Source: a virus
IMG/VR virus record: IMGVR_UViG_3300045988_111426
Direction: 5' to 3' (one strand)
DNA: 64,000 nucleotides
The notes below the pieces were generated by a model. It did no database searches. It had not been told where the DNA came from and saw only the letters and a program-made list of their open reading frames with translations. The translations under genes were made by a program, and so were the position numbers. Positions 58,262 through 64,000 of this stretch are shown here, piece after piece (within the stretch, counting starts at the first letter, position 1; each line of letters begins with the position of its first letter).

Positions 58262-58477
58262 ATGTTTCGATTAATTCTCATAGACAAAGGCAGGGCACCT
58301 CTTCAAGTTATAAAGTGCCTAATGGATCATCTTCGTATTTCACTTAGCTTCGCTATGGAACTTGTTCGTCAGAATGAACCAGTTCTTTATGAAACGGAAG
58401 ATAAGCAGGACATCCTTGATCTTGAGGAAAAGTTGAAGAAGTTTTGCGCTGTTACAAAAATCGTAAACGACAATTAG
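58262..58477 (+). CDS. miniprotein resembling the ribosomal protein L7/L12 C-terminal domain
   Basis: 71 aa. FRLILIDKGRAPLQVIKCLMDHLRISLSFAMELVRQNEPVLYETEDKQDILDLEEKLKKFCAVTKIV parallels the L12 CTD [66 protein letters not shown]. Confidence 0.45.
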   Translation: MFRLILIDKGRAPLQVIKCLMDHLRISLSFAMELVRQNEPVLYETEDKQDILDLEEKLKKFCAVTKIVNDN

Positions 58478-58484
58478 ACGAGTT

Positions 58485-58709
58485 ATGCTTGAAGAATATG
58501 AACAGAGGAGACGGAAAGCTCTGAAGAGCTATGAAAGGTTCAAAGAGGTCACTTTGAAGCAACTCGATTTCATCCAGTCTCTGGAATTTGAGAAGTTGTC
58601 ACCAGATGAGAAGTTCTTTCAGCAGACTAAGTACGAATACATGCACGGCTATCTTCGCTGTCTGAGACTGGAATTCGATAGGATCTTAGCAGAAGAAAAA
58701 GATCTGTAA
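58485..58709 (+). CDS. hypothetical helical miniprotein
   Basis: 74-aa ORF that ends 15 nt before the tnpB ATG. Confidence 0.5.
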   Translation: MLEEYEQRRRKALKSYERFKEVTLKQLDFIQSLEFEKLSPDEKFFQQTKYEYMHGYLRCLRLEFDRILAEEKDL

Positions 58710-58724
58710 TGGTTGATCATAAGC

Positions 58725-59867
58725 ATGTTAAGAGCAATTAAAGTAAGGTTATATCCAAACAAAGCGCAGGAACAAGAACTTAACAAGGTTCTTGGTGCTT
58801 ATCGTTTTGTCTATAACCACATGCTCGATAAAAGAAAGACTGCTTATGAAACTGACAAGACAAGTCTAAGCGAAAACGATCTATCAAAGTACTTCCATGG
58901 AACATTGCTGAAAGATGAACAACATGTTTGGATAAAAGAACAGAACACAAAGGTGATGAACCAAGCAATCAAACAGATGGTCGGTGCTTATCAAAACTTC
59001 TTCAATCATCATAAAGGATTTCCAAAGTTTAAATCAAAGAAAGACAAACAATCGGCATTGTTTCCTCGTAATGCCATTTCAAAGAGGAACACTTTCGAAA
59101 CGAAGCACATAACTTTAATCACTTCCCTTAAGAACCTCAGATTCCGTTGTTCTGACTTATATCACAAACGCTTGCAGAAATACAAGGACAACATAAGAAG
59201 CGCAACTCTCTCGAAAACCAAGAGTGGGAATTTCTTCTTGTCGATTCTTGTAGACATTCCCGAAGCGGAATTTGTGAAATTCGGAAAGACCAACAAACAA
59301 GTTGGTATTGACCTTGGCGTGAAAGATTTCGTTATAACCTCCGATGAAACTGTGTTTGAAAACAAACACTTCTTCAAGAAGGAGGAAAAGAAGATGATCA
59401 AACTTCAACGTCAATTATCCAGAAAGGTCAAAGGTTCAAACAATAGGAACAAACAGAGAATCAGACTTGCAAAAGTGATTGCGAATATAACGAACAAGAA
59501 AGAGAACTACATCCACTCAGTTGTGAACGAGATATTGAAATCATACGACACGGTGTTCATGGAAGACTTGAATATTAAAGGGATGCTTGGAAATCGTTAT
59601 CTTGCGAATGCTATCCAAGAGTCTGGATTTTATCGGTTCAAGTCGATATTGCAATATAAGGCTCTTATGAATGATAAGCGAGTTGTTCTTATCAATAGGT
59701 TCTATCCAAGTTCAAAGACTTGTTCGTGTTGTGGTTACAAGAAGAAAGACTTGAAACTCGGTGATAGGTTTTGGACTTGTCCCGAATGTGGTGAATATCA
59801 CGACAGAGATATAAACGCTTCGAAGAACATTCTTTTTGAAGGACAAAGAAAACTTCGAACTGGCTAA
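58725..59867 (+). CDS. tnpB: TnpB (OrfB_IS605-type RuvC nuclease), no associated TnpA
   Basis: MLRAIKVRLYPNKAQEQELNKVLGAYRFVYNHML is a typical TnpB N-terminus. RuvC-I GIDLGVKDF, RuvC-II VFMEDLNIKGM, Zn ribbon CSCCG..CPECG, RuvC-III HDRDINASKNI. Confidence 0.85.
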   Translation: MLRAIKVRLYPNKAQEQELNKVLGAYRFVYNHMLDKRKTAYETDKTSLSENDLSKYFHGTLLKDEQHVWIKEQNTKVMNQAIKQMVGAYQNFFNHHKGFPKFKSKKDKQSALFPRNAISKRNTFETKHITLITSLKNLRFRCSDLYHKRLQKYKDNIRSATLSKTKSGNFFLSILVDIPEAEFVKFGKTNKQVGIDLGVKDFVITSDETVFENKHFFKKEEKKMIKLQRQLSRKVKGSNNRNKQRIRLAKVIANITNKKENYIHSVVNEILKSYDTVFMEDLNIKGMLGNRYLANAIQESGFYRFKSILQYKALMNDKRVVLINRFYPSSKTCSCCGYKKKDLKLGDRFWTCPECGEYHDRDINASKNILFEGQRKLRTG

Positions 59868-60140
59868 GATATAAAAAAGATGAATAGGTGTTCGTAACAC
59901 CGAATTTACGCTTGCGGACTGCTCTCTTATGGATGACCGAACCTCGTGTTCCTAAAAAGTAATGGTAGGTTGAAACAAGAAGTGAGAACTGGATAAAACG
60001 CAGATTTTTCACATACGATAAGGCTTTTACACATCCAAGGGAAGATTTGTCGATAGGTATGAAGCTTGTAAAATAGCCAAAGAATCTGGCCAAATAGAGG
60101 TCGATGATGAAAATATGGTTCTTTACTCGGAAGACCTCTA
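59800..60140 (+). ncRNA. candidate omega (re)RNA scaffold plus guide of TnpB; boundaries not determined
   Basis: A 289-nt ORF-free tail follows tnpB. Hairpins GGTGTTCGTAACACC at 59887-59901 and AGAGGTC..GACCTCT at 60096-60139. By analogy, omega RNAs span the tnpB 3' end and the downstream region. Confidence 0.3.
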
Positions 60141-60156
60141 CTGAATCACAAGATCA

Positions 60157-60624
60157 ATGATTAGTCCTACAGAGTTTTACGAAGGTCTTGATAAAGGTGA
60201 ATATAAGACGAATATCAAGATATATCAATCATCACAGACATTGGACTACAATGGAAGTCCAATGTTTGAGGTTGAAATAACAACAACAAAAACACGGATG
60301 CCTATCAAAGACGATCCTTACGATAGTCCCTATGAGTTCAAGCTCACGATAAAAAGGAATCAACGAGAAATCAACGATTTTATCACACATGTAAAGTTGG
60401 TTAGCTTACGTTGGAAATCATCTGAAGAGGTTGATAAAACCGTTGCTAAATTGGAACGGCTTATAAACGATTTCACTAATGCTTGCTATGGCTATCAAAA
60501 TGGAGAGTACAACTCAAGATCGGACTATTACGCATATCTAACATTGCGAGGTTGTTATGAATATCTAAGCTCGTACTTTGATGATTTACAATATGTCTAC
60601 GATGCTTATATTGTACGGACTTAA
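60157..60624 (+). CDS. hypothetical protein
   Basis: 155-aa ORF between tnpB and the methyltransferase. Confidence 0.6.
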   Translation: MISPTEFYEGLDKGEYKTNIKIYQSSQTLDYNGSPMFEVEITTTKTRMPIKDDPYDSPYEFKLTIKRNQREINDFITHVKLVSLRWKSSEEVDKTVAKLERLINDFTNACYGYQNGEYNSRSDYYAYLTLRGCYEYLSSYFDDLQYVYDAYIVRT

Positions 60625-60681
60625 TAAGTCTGTCACACACAAATCCCTAAACAGAAGAATAGTTAAAACTTGAATCGAAAC

Positions 60682-61635
60682 ATGGTAAGGAAGGCAACTA
60701 ATAAGTTACTTCAGAAGGCTAAAAAGCAGAAGAACGACGAGTTCTATACGCAACTTATTGACATCGAGAGAGAATTGCGACATTATGAAAGCTATTTTAA
60801 GGGGAAAGTTGTGTATTGCAATTGTGATGATCCTTTGACGGGTAACTTTTTCAGATACTTCGTTTCTAACTTCAAAGCATTAGGACTTAAGAAGGTGATC
60901 GCATCTTGTTATAAGGAAAACGGTCATGGCTTTTTCTTTGAATACACAGGGACAGAACTTGCTGATGCAGATCCAAAGACCGCCAATGTTGTCTACTTCA
61001 AGGGCGATGGCGACTTTCGTAGCCAAGAAAGTATTGCCTTACTGGAACAATCTGACATAGTTGTTACCAATCCACCATTTTCGTTGTTCCGTGAGTATGT
61101 TGCACAATTAACAAGATATGATAAGCTCTTTCTCATTATTGGGAATATCAACGCCATCACTTATAAAGAGATTTTCAAGCTCATTCAAGATGGTAAGGTA
61201 TGGCTTGGTGTGAATATTGCGAGAGGAATTTCTGGGTTTGTTGTACCAGCTCATTATGAACTCTACGGAACAGAAACAAGGATAGACGAATCTGGTAACA
61301 GGGTTGTATCTACCAACAATTGTCTGTGGCTTACGAATTTGGACAATTTTACGCATCGTAAAGAGATCTCGCTTACCAAAAGCTACTATGGGCACGAACA
61401 TGAATATCCCAAATACGACAATTATGATGGTATAAATGTTGATAAGACTAAGAACATACCACGAGATTACAGTGGTTATATGGGAGTTCCGATAACATTC
61501 TTACATAAATTCGATCCACGCCAATTTGAGATTGTGGGTTCCAGAAAGGGAAACGATGGGAAATGTTTATCTGTGAATGGGAAATGTTCTTATTTTAGGA
61601 TAATCATCAAGAAGAAACAAACTACGACTAAATGA
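60682..61635 (+). CDS. N6-adenine DNA methyltransferase, EcoRI-methylase-like family
   Basis: The ATG at 60682 gives 317 aa. NDEFYTQLIDIERELRHYESYFKGKVVYCNCDDP plus catalytic IVVTNPPFSLFREYV (NPPF). No cognate nuclease recognised nearby. Confidence 0.75.
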   Translation: MVRKATNKLLQKAKKQKNDEFYTQLIDIERELRHYESYFKGKVVYCNCDDPLTGNFFRYFVSNFKALGLKKVIASCYKENGHGFFFEYTGTELADADPKTANVVYFKGDGDFRSQESIALLEQSDIVVTNPPFSLFREYVAQLTRYDKLFLIIGNINAITYKEIFKLIQDGKVWLGVNIARGISGFVVPAHYELYGTETRIDESGNRVVSTNNCLWLTNLDNFTHRKEISLTKSYYGHEHEYPKYDNYDGINVDKTKNIPRDYSGYMGVPITFLHKFDPRQFEIVGSRKGNDGKCLSVNGKCSYFRIIIKKKQTTTK

Positions 61636-61709
61636 TCTGATCAATAGAGATCAATGATGATAAAAAGAAGGAAACGAAACCGATAGGAAGATCAAATAAT
61701 AAGACTTAT

Positions 61710-61779
61710 GAAGAGATTCAGAAAAAGGTCTGATGATCTAACCATAAAGATCAGAGAGGTTCGACCCCTCTTCTCTTCG
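61710..61779 (+). tRNA. aberrant tRNA-like element (8-nt anticodon loop containing CAU, 1-nt variable region)
   Basis: Perfect 7-bp acceptor GAAGAGA/TCTCTTC. U8. D arm CAGA-AAAAGG-TCTG. T arm AGAGG-TTCGACC-CCTCT. The anticodon arm only folds as TGATCT-AACCATAA-AGATCA. Confidence 0.45.
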
Positions 61780-61796
61780 CAAAAATAAAAAGGAAC

Positions 61797-61880
61797 AGAG
61801 GTGTCGCATAGTGGCAATTGCAAGTGACTGTAAATCACTCGTCTTAAAAGGCTTCGTAAGTTCGATTCTTACCACCTCTA
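61797..61880 (+). tRNA. tRNA-Tyr (anticodon GUA), class II with long variable arm
   Basis: 84 nt. Acceptor AGAGGTG/CACCTCT, anticodon arm AGTGA-CTGTAAA-TCACT, variable arm CGTCTTAAAAGGCTTC, T arm GTAAG-TTCGATT-CTTAC. Confidence 0.85.
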
Positions 61881-62241
61881 CAAAAATAAAAAGAAAAAGC
61901 GACTCGAGGGCTACTTGAAAAGATACACAGTAGCTATCTTCACGGAATCTTTCATAGAGTTGGGACTTTCTTGAAGATATCGCAATATTGAACAACAACT
62001 CTATCACTCGGCTTGGTCTTTGATTAATGGGACTATAGGTCGATAGGTAAAGAACAACCTTGATAGCGTGTAAGATTATCAGAAAAGTCTCTTGTGCAGA
62101 GTGACAAAGCCCTCATTGGAGAAGCTAAAATCCCTAGTGGTTTGAACCATGATGATGATACGGCTGTTGAGTAGATTGAGAGAGCGTTTAGGATTTATAG
62201 TGATGCTCCACCAACCTCTCTGGGCAAGTAAAAAACTCGTT

Positions 62242-62326
62242 GGAGAGATGGCAGAGCGGTCTATCGCATCAGTCTTGAAAACTGAAGGTCGGAAACGATC
62301 CGTGGGTTCGAATCCCACTCTCTCCT
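62242..62326 (+). tRNA. tRNA-Ser (anticodon UGA), class II
   Basis: 85 nt. Acceptor GGAGAGA/TCTCTCC, anticodon arm TCAGT-CTTGAAA-ACTGA, long variable arm AGGTCGGAAACGATCC, T arm GTGGG-TTCGAAT-CCCAC. Confidence 0.85.
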
Positions 62327-62771
62327 CAAAAATGACTATTGGATTCACAGCAAGAAGATATCGCAATTGCTCCTAAAAATTACGTAGTCCACTGGGAAGT
62401 CATCAAAACAAAAGCGTTCTTTTAAAGAATTCTCAATGTCGAGATTTATAGACATACAGCAAACATAATTATTCATAACTGGCTCATAGACCGTCTGTAG
62501 TAAAGATTTCGACGAAAACATTAAGAAAACATCCGTTTAGATAGCAGATTTCCTGCATTGAAAATCTAAGGTTAATGGCTTCGTGCTCCTGTCGGCACTA
62601 TCTGCAGTCATCTAAACGGTTATCAATCATAGTCTCCGATTTGCAGATATTCAGCAATGAATCTTCATTATCGTTTGTCTACGTGTTAAACGTCTGCAGT
62701 ATAATCGGAATCCATAAAGTGATGACACTATACTTCGCCTCCTACAATAGGTTCACCACTTTTTGTTGTTA

Positions 62772-62815
62772 GAAGGGCTGTCGTTCGATTCAGAGAACGA
62801 CAGCCCTTCGTCATT
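62772..62815 (+). terminator. intrinsic terminator closing the tRNA/noncoding stretch
   Basis: 15-bp stem GAAGGGCTGTCGTTC/GAACGACAGCCCTTC followed by GTCATTTTC. Confidence 0.7.
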
Positions 62816-62852
62816 TTCTAAAGATAACTAAAAAGATATCACAACACATACG

Positions 62853-63155
62853 ATGAAGAAGACTTTAAAGCGTAAGATGCTTACCGATGGAGAACTGTCT
62901 ATCCGATTTGAACGAGATAGGTACTTGGATACTGAGAAAGTTGCTCGTGGAAATGGCTATAAGATGTTCAAGTACCGTGGTCGATTTTTAGCAGAAGTTC
63001 GTGGGAAGAATCCTCGTTATGTCCAAATCTTTAAACATAAACACGTCTCTATGGGAAGATGTAACTGTTCGCTATGTGAATGGCGAAGAAAACGTACCAT
63101 TCAATATAAGGCGAAAAAGATGAACGAGAAGACAGAAGCATTTGGAGAATGGTGA
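62853..63155 (+). CDS. hypothetical basic protein
   Basis: 100-aa ORF, Lys/Arg-rich, with a CNCSLC motif. Terminator downstream. Confidence 0.55.
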   Translation: MKKTLKRKMLTDGELSIRFERDRYLDTEKVARGNGYKMFKYRGRFLAEVRGKNPRYVQIFKHKHVSMGRCNCSLCEWRRKRTIQYKAKKMNEKTEAFGEW

Positions 63156-63180
63156 TTTGATCGCTATCTTTGAAAAACGA

Positions 63181-63218
63181 AAGGCGACAACTCGATTTAG
63201 AGAGTTGTCGCCTTTTCT
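63181..63218. terminator. bidirectional terminator hairpin
   Basis: AAGGCGACAACTC..GAGTTGTCGCCTT flanked by T-rich runs. Confidence 0.65.
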
Positions 63219-63250
63219 GCATATTGGGATTAAAATCAAGATTTGTTGAA

Positions 63251-63344
63251 TTAAAGAGAGGTACTTTCCTTGTCCTCGAAGATATCTGAGAATATGAAAA
63301 TAGCGGAAACTATACTCAAGCTCAAGGAAAGTACCTCTCTTTAA
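63251..63344 (+). repeat. inverted-repeat element, copy 11 (most symmetric copy)
   Basis: TTAAAGAGAGGTACTTTCCTTG ... GAATATGAAAATAGCGGA ... CAAGGAAAGTACCTCTCTTTAA, with 22-bp perfect terminal inverted repeats. Confidence 0.85.
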
Positions 63345-63360
63345 TCAGGAGAGTACTTTC

Positions 63361-63837
63361 TCATTTAAAGAACTTCTCTGTCACGAAGAGATATTTCCAA
63401 CCTCTCTCTGCACAGAACTTTTCTGCAGATCTTCTCTTTACTTCTACATTCAGATTTGTCTGTAGTTCTCGGCTATATGTCGATTTCGATTTCTTTGCAC
63501 TTCTCTTAGGAATCTGAGTTTGAGAGTAAGGTTTTACTTCTATGAGGAACGTTTTAAGTTCTCCCTTCACTCTCATCTGCATCCAAAAATCTGGGTAGTA
63601 AGTCCTCTGTTTTTGCATCATTGGATCGAAATACGAGATCTTTGTGTCGGGATGTTCGTATGTCCACTTTTCTACATTCGGATTCGCATCAATAAGTCGC
63701 ATGAACTTGAGTTCTAAAGATGATCTGTACGGAACACCTTCTTTGTTGAGATGTCCAACAAACTTGTCCTTATTGGTTGGAATGTAGTAACCTTGTTTAT
63801 ATCCTCTTGTGTTATTAGGATTTGGATTCTGTAGCAT
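63361..63837 (-). CDS. PD-(D/E)xK nuclease-fold protein (TnsA-N / T4 gp4 head-completion-like)
   Basis: 158 aa. YRSSLELKFMRLIDANPNV..YYPDFWM..FLIEVKP matches the TnsA-N-type D..E-x-K arrangement. Confidence 0.5.
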   Translation of the reverse strand: MLQNPNPNNTRGYKQGYYIPTNKDKFVGHLNKEGVPYRSSLELKFMRLIDANPNVEKWTYEHPDTKISYFDPMMQKQRTYYPDFWMQMRVKGELKTFLIEVKPYSQTQIPKRSAKKSKSTYSRELQTNLNVEVKRRSAEKFCAERGWKYLFVTEKFFK

Positions 63838-63850
63838 GTGTTCTTTCTAA

Positions 63851-64000
63851 TTATGCAGGAAAGCCCATGTAAGGTGTCTGCTTCCTCATCATTTCGTTGA
63901 GGAAAGCTATGAATTGTAAATTGTTCATTCCCATTCTTTCAAAAGGTGGGAAATCGTCAGATTGGATAGCAAGGGATTGGAATGAGGAAGGATCAGTGTC
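63851..64000 (-). CDS. hypothetical protein, partial (N-terminus beyond window end)
   Basis: Open frame of 49 codons from the window end to the TAA at 63851-63853 (...MGMNNLQFIAFLNEMMRKQTPYMGFPA). Confidence 0.4.
   Translation of the reverse strand, partial: DTDPSSFQSLAIQSDDFPPFERMGMNNLQFIAFLNEMMRKQTPYMGFPA

Noticed and set aside
58262-60156. Complete IS200/IS605 or IS607 insertion sequence around tnpB
   Set aside because: There is no TnpA, no space for a left end between the upstream ORF and tnpB, and no obvious subterminal hairpin pair. I treat it as a stand-alone tnpB locus, though a proper end search is still needed.
56448-62326. tRNA genes as a prophage attachment or integration site
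   Set aside because: No integrase or recombinase, and no direct repeats of tRNA 3' ends, were seen. The surrounding genes are phage genes on both sides, so these are phage-encoded tRNAs.
61738-62376. ORFs 61738-62007 (-), 62079-62366 (-) and 62149-62376 (+)
   Set aside because: They run across tRNA-Tyr, the tRNA-like element or tRNA-Ser, and have no start context.

Overview
This 64-kb window looks like part of a large, AT-rich tailed-phage genome with T4-like modules. I cannot assign it to a named phage without a database search.

Coding is almost gap-free.
- 1-30 kb is a minus-strand late/structural block. It holds three giant virion proteins (2340, 1258 and 1248 aa) and an NAD-dependent DNA ligase.
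- 30-53 kb mixes several functions. There are baseplate/tail genes (gp25-like, gp5-like hub, two gp19-like tube-family proteins) and DNA metabolism genes (RuvC-like resolvase, SF2 DEAH helicase, gp46/gp47-type SbcC/SbcD). There is also an SLT-type lipoprotein lysin, a kinase-like/metallophosphatase pair, and a terminase large-subunit gene that stops right after its Walker A motif.
- 53.9-56.3 kb is a 2.4-kb ORF-free locus built from nested repeats around a GC-rich core. It is the most unusual feature.
- 56.4-63.3 kb is a plus-strand accessory island. It carries 4 tRNAs plus one aberrant tRNA-like element, a NADAR/YbiA-like protein and an L7/L12-CTD-like miniprotein. It also carries a catalytically intact TnpB with no transposon context and a 289-nt candidate omega-RNA tail, an EcoRI-like N6-adenine methyltransferase, and two structured noncoding stretches.

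Start codons lack Shine-Dalgarno sequences, which suggests a Bacteroidota-type host (inference). Two upstream motif families recur: GTAAATAA[CG][GC]AAAT before structural genes and ATA[TA]AAGAA-type before DNA-metabolism and tRNA genes. An ~85-bp inverted-repeat element occurs about 11 times, mostly at gene 3' ends and five times in the repeat locus. All functional calls come from motif reading by eye. No searches were run.
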